From positions 180,422,001 through 180,486,000 of the forward strand of contig NC_058368.1 of assembly GCF_018350175.1 (NCBI RefSeq): a stretch of DNA of 64,000 bases, read 5' to 3'. Numbering within the stretch: position 1 is the first letter of the stretch; each line of letters begins with the position of its first letter. Of the stretch, positions 49,441-61,222 are shown piece after piece. The position numbers were made by a program, and so were the translations under genes. Under the pieces are notes generated by a model. That model made no database searches, had not been told where the DNA came from, and was given only the letters and a program-made list of their open reading frames with translations. This stretch comes from Felis catus. Lineage: Eukaryota.

Positions 49441-50987
49441 GAAGTATCCTTGTAATACACCTTAGAATGTTTATTATTATAATTACAGTAGGAATTACCC
49501 TGAATAATTTTTTTTTTTTTAAAGTGTGGAGGGAGTGACTACATTTCTGAACTTCTGGAACTGAGAGAGCCTTTGCAAACAGATTAAGTGCTATGGCCTT
49601 TCCCTGGTCCACATGCCAAGCCAGAAGAGGTGATTAGCAGGCTTAAACTACTGGTTTCTAATCAGAAAGTTAAAAAAAAAAAAAAAAAAAAAGCCTTTGT
49701 CAAAGAAAACAGAACAAAGGGCCAGTAGGCCCAGGGGTTATACAATAAAAGCTGGCTCATGCTGTGTAAAAAGGCCCTTCCATCTCCTCATGGCTGTGTC
49801 CTCCCAACACCGTGCTCTTCATGACATCCAGGGCTATTGTACTGTATTGATAACACATCATTCAGTGTGGTGTGGGCCCTCACAAAGGCAGGCAGCGCCC
49901 CTGCGTGCAAGCAGGACATTTGGGAGACAAATCCCAGGAGTTGTTAGCAACTGCATCGACACTATGAACTGTTCCCATACACTTGCCTCTCCTTCCCACA
50001 CAATCCTGCTTCTCTGTCTCTGTCTCTCTCCAGTGTGTTGAGGATATTGGGAATACTGGAGAACAGGACTCTTTCTGAAAAGGCCTCCATGCTCACTTTT
50101 CCAAACAGCTATAGATTCTAAGAGGCCAGGGGCCAGAGAGGGAAATAGAAGAGGACGGTATGGTAGGGGGAAGGGCCCTGGTGCAGTGCCTGGGAGCTGA
50201 CAGGGAGCATGTGTCCTGTGGGTCATCAAAACCTCACCTCCTCCACACACCCCGGCCATGCTACCCACCAACCACTGGGCAGCACCTCCTGTCCTCACTG
50301 CCCTACAGAGGAGGGTCTGTGGGAGCTGGCTGCCTGTGGACTCTAGGAAGGACGCAGAACTTCCTCCAGCGCCCGGATTCCAGCCATAGCACCCTGGAGA
50401 GTGCGAGAGCTTAACTAATTCTCAAATCAGGACACATACACAAAACCCTCTGAGAAGTGGTGGAGAACTCAGCTAGTGTTAGCAATGTTACATCAATGCA
50501 AGCCAAAGACCTCCAGGAGACAAAGTGGCAGTGACGAGCACTGAGCCGTCCTGGATGGAAACCCGACTCTCTTGCCAACTTGCTGTGTGACCCTGATAAA
50601 TTCCCTAACCTCCCTGGGCCTCAGCTGCTTCATTTGGAAGGCGAGGACAAGCAAAACAGTAAATGCTTATGAAATTCCTTGGTACCCAGCAGCTGTCACA
50701 ACCTCCAGGAAGTTTCCAGAGCATCTAACAAGACTTTTGAATATAAAATCTTGACCAAATGATAGCACAGCACTGTCCTCCTCCTACAAGCAAATCAAGT
50801 GTCATTTGAGGAGATGAGAAGAGAAAGGGAGTAGATTCAGAAATAACACCCTTATGAAGAAAGCACAAAAGAAACTCAGTAATTACCTACAACCTTAGCA
50901 GCAAACATCCGGAGGATTTGAACACAGCCCACATTAACTAGAACTGGACGCTCCCCTTTCATCAAGTCAGTTTAAGAAGCATTTGCT

Positions 50988-51220
50988 GGGGCGCCTGGGT
51001 GGCGCAGTCGGTTAAGCTTCCGACTTCAGCCAGGTCACGATCTCGCAGTCCGTGAGTTTGAGCCCCGCGTCAGGCTCTGGGCTGATGGCTCAGAGCCTGG
51101 AGCCTGTTTCCGATTCTGTGTCTCCCTCTCTCTCTGCCCCTCCCCCGTTCATGCTCTGTCTCTCTCTGTCCCAAAAAATAAATAAATAAACGTTGGAAAA
51201 AAAAAAATTAAAAAATAAAA
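50988..51220 (+). mobile_element. Young SINEC_Fc
   Basis: Near consensus; perfect 15-bp TSD aagaagcatttgctg (50974-50988 / 51221-51235) at a TTT/AAGA site. Confidence 0.97.
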
Positions 51221-52392
51221 AAGAAGCATTTGCTGAGGGCCTACTGCATACTGAAGTCTCAGCTGCTCTGCCTGCCCCTAGAACTCAGCCAATCCTATCT
51301 TTTCAAAGGACCAAGGAAGGTTCTTAGCCTACTTTGGACTGAGAGCAGACTGCCCTTACCCTGACCTCAGGCATCAAGAGGTCAGTGAGGTCCCCTGTGG
51401 TCATAGCCGTCTGGGATAACCGTAGGGTTGCACCAAGACCTCTACATCCTGCTGGTGCTCAAAAGTCCCCTGCCCGCCAAACACACAGAGATAAGCAAGC
51501 AGGATCAGAAGACGGACCCTGGACTTGCAAAGCAGGTTTCATGGTGCTCAAGTGAAGAATAAGGAAATGCATCTTGTTTTTCGACAGAGGTGATGGGCCA
51601 TGTTATCAGATCACAGGCATCTGGCTCTACCTTCACTGACATGATTGAGACAGCCTGTCCAGGGCTTCTCTCTGTGTGATTTCTGTTGGGTCAACAGTTA
51701 CTGGTTTGGCAAACAGCAATTCAGAGCCTTACACAGAAAATCAGGGTAGCAAACACTGAGAAACTGGCGGAAAGTACTTGTGGGAGTTCCATGGTCCAAT
51801 AGCACTATTCTTTACCTCTCTTCCTGTCTGATGAGGTGGCTTGCGCAAGCTAGCGGCTCTGGATGTGGGGTCAGGCCGGGGCTGGCAAACTGGCCTGGAG
51901 TCTTGTCTTCTACATCAGGAGTCTCCTTGACCGGCAGACAACAGAGCTGGGCTCCCACACAGGTGGGCTGTATCCCCAGCCAATCAGAGCCATGGGCTCT
52001 CCCAGGGTCCAACGCTTGCCCTCTGGCTCCAAAACTTGACCAGATGAAGAAGAAAGGAGTCAAAAGGTGACAGACTTCCTTATCAGGAGGCTTGCAGTCC
52101 TCACCCTTTACTCTGTGACTTTCCCTTGGCCTCTCAGCTGCCTTGAGGGGTATCCATTCATTTATTAGTACCAATCAAGTGTTCGACACCACTGTGCTGG
52201 GCCTGGGAGAACACAGACATGAAAAGAATGATGGCTCCGTGGTGGGTGCATGTGACAAGGGTGCACAGAGGGGCCCTGACCAGAGCTGGGACAAGGCAGG
52301 CTCCCCACAAGAGGAGGCCCTTATGCTTAGCAGCACAGGGAAGGAGGAACAGCAGGCAGGGCACACACACTGTTGATGCAGGCGGGGAGGAG

Positions 52393-52574
52393 AGGGTTTC
52401 AAGTTGAAGGCATATGAGAATCCTCTGGGTAGCATATTTAAAATGCACATTCTTGAAAGCCCCAATGAGATTCTGATTCAGTAGATTTCAGGTGGGGGCC
52501 CAGAAATCTGTTTTATGAGCTCCTTGGGGGAGTCTAAGGCAGGAGGTCTATGGACCACACTCTGAGAAACCCTG
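52393..52574. mobile_element. MER5-family MITE
   Basis: gattctgattcagtag...gggggcccagaaatctg...ggaccacactctgagaaaccctg. Confidence 0.75.
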
Positions 52575-53790
52575 CTTTGAAGGAATGGAAAAAAAAAAAA
52601 AAAAGAGCCATTTTGGCTTTGATGGAATATTGGTTTATTTTCCTGGAATTTTCCCAAAGGGACTTTGGCCAGCTCATTAATGATTCGTTCTTCCGTCATT
52701 TTACACACAGACATGCCAACATCAAACAAACTAGAAATGAACTCAGGGAGGGTGTTAGGAGCCCCCACTCACAGGGATGGCTGTCACTGTGTTCCATGAG
52801 ATGACAATGGGCATCATCTCAGGAATGTGTCAGGTCAAAGTCCATGTTTACACCAAAGGCTGTCTACAGGTGAACTGGGGCCCAGAAAGCAGTGATGGGA
52901 AAGCCTCCTGGAATCTGGCCACACCTCCTCACCAACCTCACACCAGGGAAGGCAGGGCAGTCTTTAGATGTCTTTCAGACTTTCTCTGCAGCCCACAGCT
53001 GGCTCCCTGCCCCTCCTGTCCTGGGTCCCCCCTACCAGAAGCCTGGCCTCTGACACCCCAGCGCCACCTCACTCAGGCTCCTCGTAGCTTGGACCAGGGG
53101 TTGCATGTTGGGGCTCTGGCTCAACCAGCCTAAGCCTTGGCCGAAGGGATTGTTTCTACTAGTACCTGTGCAGCAATATTTTTGTCCTATTCAGTGCTAG
53201 TTCCAGGGAGTCCACCATTTATTTCGCTGGCTCAAGCCTCTGCCTGGGAAGCTTATGGGGGATTCCCAGACCTCCTTGCTCTTGCCACTGGTCTCTGAGG
53301 CCTGGTACCCTGCCTTTGTGATCTCTGCCAAGTGCCTGCTGGGCTGCCTCCTTATTATGTGTTAGAGCCACAGGCACTAGCTTCCCAATGCTTCCCAACT
53401 TCCCACTGCCCCATGTTCCCAAGGGCCGAGTTCGGCTACCCTGGGGACTTCCCACACAGTCTGCATCTGCTTGGACCCAGCTGCTGAATACACTGCAGCC
53501 TCAGGACCTGCCTTTTGTCAGCAGGTGTGATCCCCTTTCAACTGACCTTCACACCCCATCCAGCTTCAATCCCTCATCCCATGCAGAGCTCTGGGAACAG
53601 GCTAAGAACTCTTTTCCACGGACAGTGTTCACAACTGGTTGTAATAATCCAGTGTTTACTGATAATACAGCTATGTGGGATACCCTACATCAGAGTTTAG
53701 TAAGAGGCACAGTCAGCCATAGAACAAAAACCAAAAATTAAGGCGAACAAACAAGCCAAGGCTATGCAACGTAGTACTGAATGGTCTGGT

Positions 53791-54085
53791 CAGTGCTACT
53801 CAAACACAAACGTGCGTAAGGGCCACTGAGATCTTGTTAAAATGGTTTCTTTTGCTTGCTTCGGCAGTACACATATACTAAAATTGGAACAATGCAGCGA
53901 AGGTTAGCACGGCCCCTCCGCAATGACCCACAAATTCATGTAGCATTTCATGTTTAAATAACAAACAACAACAAAAATCAGTTTCTGATTCAGTGGGCCT
54001 GGGGTGGAGCCTGAGATTCTGCATTTTTAGCAAGATCCCAGGCGATGCTGATGTGCTGGTCCACAGCCCACACTTCCCGTAGCAA
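53791..54085. mobile_element. MER5B, split by a U6 retrocopy
   Basis: cagtgctactcaaac...gatcttgttaaaatg | tctgattcagtgggcctggggtggagcctgagattctgcattt...ccacacttcccgtagca. Confidence 0.85.
53852..53955 (+). pseudogene. Full-length U6 snRNA processed pseudogene
   Basis: tgcttgcttcggcagtacacatatactaaaattggaacaatgcagcgaaggttagcacggcccctccgcaatgacccacaaattcatgtagcatttcatgttt aligns along all of U6. A-rich tail 53956-53977, no PSE/TATA upstream, ACAGAGA box mutated. Confidence 0.93.
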
Positions 54086-54516
54086 GAAGGCAGGGATCAC
54101 ACAAGCGAGTGGGAGTTAGCCACACAGAGGTGAGGCCAAGAAGCAGAGCTCAGAATCCAGCATGTGCTCAGATACAGTAACCACCAGGTCTTACTCACTG
54201 CCACCGAATCAGAACAATCTACTGTAGAAGTTACGAGAAAGAATGACCTGGGGATGGCCACGTGCCCACAGCCTGCCTGTCCTGAGCAGACAGTTGCTGT
54301 GGTTGGCACCACGGCATCCCTGACGCTTCCCTTGTCATGGTTTCCTGTGCCAGACTGAGTCCAAGTCAAGGTCAGCTCTGTGATTTTTCCAAACCAGCAT
54401 TTCTCATACGAATTTGAAATTCTGGACACCAAGTTAGCTGTGGTTGCTGGGCTGAAGGGTTATGAGACAGGCTGGGGCCATGAAGGCGATAGGGGTCATC
54501 TAATGCTGTGGTAATA

Positions 54517-54960
54517 TCATAACTGCTAACATTTTTGAGTATTTAGTCTGAGCCTTGCTGTCGGTTAAGTGCCTTACATGGGAGAATCCATGGATTCAAA
54601 GTGGATGGCAATTTAAGAGTGAGAGCTCTGAAGCCAGACAACCCGAAACTGAACCCCAGTTTTGCCACTTTCTGTGTGACCTGGGGCAAATCACATTAGC
54701 CCCCTCTATGCCTCCACCTCCTCCTCTGTAGATGGGGAGAGTTATAGTACCTCTCCTAGATAGTCAGTGTGACAGCTGGCTGAACTAATAAATATAGAAT
54801 ATTTAGCGTAGCACTTAGCATTCAATAAAATCTTGGCTATTATTTTCTTATGCTTAGCCTTATTTGTAGAAAACCAGGAAACTGAGGCTCAAGGAGATTA
54901 AGTAGGTTGCCTGAAGTTACACAGCAAGTTAGAGGCAGAACTGATTCGAAACAAGGTTTG
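54517..54960. mobile_element. MIR (+) nested in a MIR (-)
   Basis: taactgctaacatttttgagt (-); gctctgaagccagac...tgtgacctggggcaaatcac (+); ggaaactgaggctcaaggagattaagt (-). Confidence 0.75.
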
Positions 54961-55514
54961 CAAATTTATGCAATTTATTTTAGATTTGTTGTTTGTAGAT
55001 TTCAGGAGGCAGCAGAAACCTCTCATGGCCTCCAGAGGCAGCTCCCACCTGCCCAGCAATGGGGGCTGCTATTCCCTTTCTTAGATTCCTGTGAAATCTA
55101 AGCTCATAGCAGGCTCTTTTTTCAAGAACCACCTCATGTGGGCTTTTCCTGCTTTTGACTAGAACAGACTTGACTTAAAGTAGATCCCTTCCAGGCAGGA
55201 GGAGGGAGGGAGATGATGGATGAGGGAAGAGGGAAGGCCCCATGGGGCAGGTAGCATCACCCGTGGCCTGGGAGGGAGGTGGGACTTCCCCGGATATAGG
55301 CAGGGGCTGGGAAACAGGCCCACAACAGGAGAATGGCAAAGTGCAGGACATGTTTGGGCACTGCCACTAACCCAGGTGGACTACAAGCAAGAGGACCAAT
55401 GAAGACAGCTCCGTAACCACAGCTAACAATAACTGGCACCTACAATGCTGTTGGGCACTATGTAAAGTATTTTAGACAGTTTAATTTAAACTTACTGAAA
55501 TTGTACGAAGTATG

Positions 55515-55905
55515 GTTATGTAAGGGGATGTTTTGTTTCTTATACACACATATACAGGCATTCAGACACAAAAGATACTAAACACTGAAGTATTTAGTGG
55601 CAAAGAGATGTGATGTCTAACTTGAGTAATAACCAATTTACTCTTAAATGGTTTATATATATAATGGTCTTATATATTAAATTATATGCGTTTGTATATA
55701 TATATACAAACATACATAGACTCACAAACTTACACGTAGGGAAAATGAGAGACTATAAGGTAACTGGGTAACATAAAAATTGGTAAATGTGGGTAAAGGG
55801 TGTATGGAAATTTCTTACATTTTTGCAACTTTCATGTAAGTTTAAAATTATATCAAAATTTACAAGATTCCAAAATGTGCATGGGAAAAAGATTTTTAAA
55901 ATATC
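55515..55905 (+). mobile_element. L1MC-like 3' end inserted in a MIR
   Basis: actgaagtatttagtggcaaag...gggtaaagggtgtatggaaatttctt...tttgcaacttt...gtaagtttaaaattat; degenerate flanks aaattgtacgaagt / aaatagtatgaggt. Confidence 0.75.
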
Positions 55906-56651
55906 TTTAAAAATAGTATGAGGTCAATACTACTATCACCACCATCTTATTAATGAGGAAAGTGAGGCAAAGAATGAGAGATGTAGAAAATGGAGTGGGA
56001 CCAGCTTCGAGAGGTTTTGACTGTCAAACTCAGAAGGATGCCCCTCAGTAAACTCAGGAGGGCCCTAAAGAGTATGAAGAGAGGGGTGGTCAGCATTGGG
56101 TTATGTAAGACTAATCTGAAAGCAGGCTACAGGTTGGCTGGAGGGGGAGGCCTCTCATTTTGTCTTTATTTTCAATTAAGCTTCAATAGGAATGAACAGA
56201 AAAGGAAGGTGTCAGAGTCTACAAAAGAAAGGGCAGAAGAATTGGCAGATAGGAGGAAGAATCCAGATGATGGAAACAGGGGTTGCCTGTGTGTGGTGGG
56301 GGAACTGGGTAAGTGGGGACCAGGTGGGAAGGGTACCTACATTGCTGTATACCTTTTGGATCTTCAGAATTTGAACCATGCAGGTTTAGAGTGGCATTTT
56401 CTCATGGTAATAGCAGAAAAGGCAAGAGACCAGGGCTGGATTCAGGTTTAGATCTGTGGTAGACTGACTGCATGCAGTGTTTGTCTGGACCCAGAAATGC
56501 TGTCCAGCAGATAACTGGAAATGGGCATTTGAGCTTTCACTGTGGAGGAGGTAGCAGAAAGCCTGGGGTCGGTCACAGGACACTATTAGGGAAGAGCAAT
56601 AGGAGATAAGGCCAAAAAATGCCTTTCCTTTCCTGCAGAAGAGTGACTGCC

Positions 56652-56864
56652 GGGGCACCTGGGTGGCTCAGTTGGTTAAGCATCTGACTTCAGCTCAGGT
56701 CATTGTCTCAAGGTTCATGAGTTTGAGCCCCGCATCAGACTCTCTTCTGTCAGTGCAGAGCCTGCTTGGGATTCTCTGCCCCCCTCTCTTCTTGTCCCTC
56801 CCCAATTCGTGCATGCTCTCATGTGCTCTCTCTCAAAAATACATAAACATTTAAAGAAAAAAAA
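56652..56864 (+). mobile_element. Can-SINE
   Basis: Perfect 13-bp TSD aagagtgactgcc (56639-56651 / 56865-56877). Confidence 0.95.
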
Positions 56865-56904
56865 AAGAGTGACTGCCAATAAAGGAGGTGTGTCAACACC
56901 ACCA

Positions 56905-57672
56905 CTATATGCCTGTGCATTGTTGGTGGGAATGTAAATTGGTATAGCCACTATGAAAAAACAGTATGGGGGTTCCTCAAAAAAATTAAAAGTAGAACTA
57001 CCATATGACCTAGCAATCCCACCTCTGGGTATTTATTTGAAGCAAATGAAAACACTAATCCAAAAAGATATCTGCACCCCATGTTCAGTGCAGCATCATT
57101 TACAACAGCCAAGATATGGAAACCGATGAATGAATGGGTAAAGAAAATGTGGTGTATGTATACAATGGAATACTACCACCATAAAGAACAATGAAATATT
57201 GTGTTAATATGGATGGACCTTGAGGGCATTAAGGTAAGTGAAATAAGACAGAGAAAGATAAATACTGTATGATTTCATACGTGGAATCCAAAAACAAAAC
57301 AAAACAAGCTCACAGATACAGAGAACAGATCGGTGGTTGGCAGAGGCAGGAGGTGTGGCAGGCAAAGTAAGTGAAGGAGGTCAAAAAGTACAAACTTCCA
57401 TTTATAAAAATAAGTCCTGAAGATATAATATACAGCATGGTGACTACAATTAACAATATTGCATTGCATTATTTGAAAATTGCTAAGAGTAAATATTAAA
57501 AGTTCTCATCACAAGAAGAAAAAATTATAACTGTATTGATGGATGTTAACTGGACTTTTGTGATGATCATTTTGCAATATATACAAAACTGAATCATTAC
57601 ATTGTACACCTAAAACTAAATGTATATGTCAATTATATCTCAGCAAAATAAATAAAAATAAAGGAAAAAAAG
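56905..57672 (+). mobile_element. L1MA-like 3' end
   Basis: gttggtgggaatgtaaattggt...gaactaccatatgacctagcaatcccac...tacagcatggtgactaca...gtacacctaaaacta...aattatatctc plus A tail. Confidence 0.93.
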
Positions 57673-58032
57673 GACATCGGTGACAGAGGAGGGGCAGCCA
57701 TATTGTTAAGTCAAGGAAGATATCACTGTGTGGCTCCTGTGACCTTTCTGGAACTGTGATCAGAGCATGGGGTGGGGGGGGGAGAGGGGGAGCACTAAAA
57801 CGTGAATAGGGGTTATGGAGCCAGTGGTTACAGGACTCCTGTGTTCTTCAGAGGGAGGGGTATGGGGTAGGAGCATACAGACTGAAGACTGATTCTTGGA
57901 GAGGGAACACCTGAGCACACTGGAGAGAAATCCACAGATGCCTGAAGAAAGGAAGAGATTTCTTTGCTATGAGGACCAAGAAGTAGGCCAGGTTGCAGAA
58001 GAGGCTGGAGGGATTCTAGTCCTGGTTGGGTT

Positions 58033-58200
58033 CAGTGGTTCTCAAACTTAAGAGGGCATCAAAATCACTTGGGGGTTCTTTTTACAAATGTGGAGTCTGG
58101 GTTCCACATAACCCGTAGATTCTGATTATGTTGACTGGCTGGGCCTGGAAATCTGCATCTGAGCCACTCTTAGGGGGTCCAGATGTGTGCATTCAATAGA
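58033..58200. mobile_element. MER5-family MITE
   Basis: cagtggttctcaaactt...catcaaaatcactt...gattctgatt...gggcctggaaatctgcat. Confidence 0.7.
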
Positions 58201-58455
58201 CGATGCTGCCTCAGGGGAAACCTAGCTCCTTGGCCAAAGTTAAGAAGAAACCGTGTTTGTTACCACTAAATTGAATGTGCAAGCTACTGACTGGAATTAA
58301 GAAAACCTGGTCAAAGAAGGGGACAGGCCATCATTATAGATGTACTTTATTTAAAGGTAAAAGCAAATTCAGTGTTTCTAATTAGTTTCTAATTACAGAA
58401 CTTTACAACTTTATGGCTTGACCTCTGGTGTCATTCACAAGGTCTGCTATTTTCT

Positions 58456-58697
58456 TTTAAAAAATGTTTTTAAGTTTATTTATTTATTTTGAGAGAGAGA
58501 GAGTACATGCAGGCACGAGAGAGCATGGGCAGGGAATGGGCAGAGAGAGAGAGAGACAGAGAGACAGAGAATCCCAAGTAGGCTCTACGCTATCAGAGCA
58601 GAGCTTGATGTGGGCTTGAACTCAGGAACCACAAGATTATGACCTGAGCTGAAATCAAGAGGTAGACATTTAACCAACTGAGTCACCTAGGTGCCCC
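58456..58697 (-). mobile_element. Can-SINE
   Basis: Ends ctgagtcacctaggtgcccc; tgctattttct on both flanks (58445-58455 / 58703-58713). Confidence 0.92.
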
Positions 58698-59449
58698 AGA
58701 AATGCTATTTTCTAACACAGGATCCTCTTCATTTTCCTAGTGTGTAATTACATTATGTTTTCATTATTTCTCTATAAATTCCATGAAGGGCAATGTCTGC
58801 CTTTGATCACTGCTGTACCCCTTTCCTAGCACAGCTCCCACCAAAAACCAAATACATGCAGGTAAGGTATTCTTTTGTTTCAATTCTACCCAATGTGCCA
58901 AAGAACTGCAAGGTAACTCATGCCCAGCTAGAGCCAGTTTGGGCCTGAGATGACCCAAATGACTTCCAGTGAACCCCAAACAAACATCCCACAGCATGTT
59001 CTGCTGGGCAAGCAAGAATGTTGCAGACCAAGCCCATGTGCTGTGAAGACACCAAGGTCCAAGAGGAACTTGATTCTTGCTAAGTCTTTTGTGCCAAAGT
59101 AATAAGAGATGGAACTCTACTGAACACAGTCACTAAGGAAGGTGAAGAAGGATGCTGATCACCACCATGGACCAAAGAATTTGGTCAGGTCACTGAACCC
59201 TGGGGGAATCTTGTAAAACCTACTGTACTCAGAAAAACAGCTCACTCACCCTGCTTACTGAAGGAGGACATCTGCTAAAACGAGTAGAGCAAACACAAAA
59301 GTCTGGCTCTCAAACAGACCGTGAGCACTGGAAGAAGTCGCCACTGCAGGAATCACCATAGTGAAGGGGGCTCTGGGCTGAATTACCAGTATGAAGTCAG
59401 TGTTGCTCTCCCTGACAGCCTTGCCTGACCTACAGGATGCTGAAGAATG

Positions 59450-59690
59450 TGCATTTGGGGGGCAGGCAGACTGATTTTGAATCCCGGTTCTGCCACTTAT
59501 TAGCTTATAATCCTGGGCCAAATTTTCAAACTCCCTAAGCCTCAGTTTCCCCATCAGCAGAATGGAGATAGTATCTGTTCTTACCTCATTGGGCTGCTAT
59601 GAGAATTAAATTGGAAAATGCATTCAGAGCCCACAGCCCAGACCTTGGCATAATCTAAAGTCTTAATAAATGTTAGCTATTATTAGTTCT
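59450..59690 (+). mobile_element. MIR
   Basis: ttgaatcccggttctgccacttattagc...gcctcagtttccccatc...aataaatgttagctattatt. Confidence 0.87.
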
Positions 59691-60195
59691 TACCCACAGG
59701 CTATGATCTATATGGTGACAATGTCTGCACTCCCCACTCTCTTGGAGGCTCAAGGACACAGATGTATGCATGAAATCCAGACTGGGTTCTGCTGAGGTCA
59801 GACAGAAGATGCACTGGAGGCCCAACCCCCAGGCTTACATCTCCACAGCAGCTTAGACCAATTTATTCAGAAGCATTACTGCTGCAATGGGAATTTAAAG
59901 ATTTTCACATTAAGGCAAAGATGAACCTAAATCTCTCTGATCCTTAACATGCCAGGAAAGAAATCACAAGACAGGTACAGAAGAGGGGAAACTGCTCAAC
60001 GGGAAGGTGATTGACACCCCCCATAGATCTACTTCTTCCCTTCCACAACTATTTTTTAAATACTTCCTAAATCATCTCAATTTTTCTAGGTAGAACTGTA
60101 TAAATCTTTAGTTTAAAACCTTTTAGACGGTACTCTCATGTAATCTCACTGACGCTCTACAAGTGCTTATGAGGAAAGACAATATTTACCTACAG

Positions 60196-60543
60196 TCATG
60201 GTTCTCCAATCTGGCTCTACCCTAGAAATCCTATGCCCAGACCATACCCTAGTCCAATTAAACCAGAATGTCTGGGAGTGGACCAGACATGGGTATTTTT
60301 TTTATGTTTATTTATCTATTTTGAGTGTGGGGAGGGGCAGAGAGAGAATCCCAACCAGGCTCTGCACTGTCAGCACAGAGCCTGACACAGGGCTCAAACT
60401 CATGAACCTGTGAGATCATGACCTGAACAAAAACCAAAAGTTGGATGCTTACCTGACTAAGCCCCCCAGGCATCTCAGACATGGGTATTTTTTAGCATTC
60501 CCCTCTTGTGAGTCCAACATGCAATCAAACTGGAGAATCACTG
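60196..60543. mobile_element. MER5-family MITE split by a SINE
   Basis: catggttctccaatctggc...ccaattaaaccagaatgtctgggagtgg | ...aacatgcaatcaaactggagaatcactg. Confidence 0.7.
60302..60475 (-). mobile_element. Can-SINE
   Basis: Perfect 18-bp TSD cagacatgggtatttttt (60284-60301 / 60476-60493). Confidence 0.93.
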
Positions 60544-61037
60544 ACTGATCCTATTGTCCCCCAGCTCCTATCGCTGTTGTGGAAAGGAGATCAAGGGTTA
60601 TTATTCCCTGTGGTAGAGCAGTGGAGACTAGGGCTCAGGGAAGGCAAGTGACTTGTTGCTCTGAACTGAGAAGCATTCATCTCCTGGCTCAGTGCACTCC
60701 TATAGCATGCCAGCCCCTGGGCTACCTAATAACCACGGATGGAGAACACCCAGGTAGTCAAGCTGTTCTACTACGGAAGGTACATGGGGAAGGCCTTTCT
60801 AAACTTCATTTGTGAACTGAAGCTTGAAGCAAAGATGCTGAGCAATGGTGGGGCCTGCTGAAGGTCCAGCTTGGACAAAATAAGATTGGGGATGATACTA
60901 AAATGTTCGTAAGGTAATGAAGACCATTTCAGTTGGTTGCACCTACCTGGGCTCAGAAGGTTCTTCAAATCTGGTCAAATTCTTGCCTGTGACCACTAAC
61001 AAAATATCTTAGGTCATTCTGCCTGCAAACATTTGGC

Positions 61038-61222
61038 CAGTGGTTCCCAGATTTGAAGGGGCAGCAGAGTCACCTGGAGGGCCCTTAAAAGATCACAGGG
61101 CTCCACTCCCAGAATTTTTGATTCAGTAGGGCAAAGGTGGACATGAGAATCTGTGTTTCTAACAAGTTCCTAGGAGGAGCTGATATGCTTGCTAGTCTGG
61201 GACCACATTTTGACAAGTTGGT
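61038..61222. mobile_element. MER5A
   Basis: cagtggttccc...agtcacctggaggg...tgattcagtagg...tttctaacaagttcc...ggaccacattttga. Confidence 0.82.

Noticed and set aside
53852..53955. Functional U6 gene
   Set aside because: Mutated ACAGAGA box, ISL deletion, A tail and TSD, and upstream sequence is MER5B rather than PSE/TATA.
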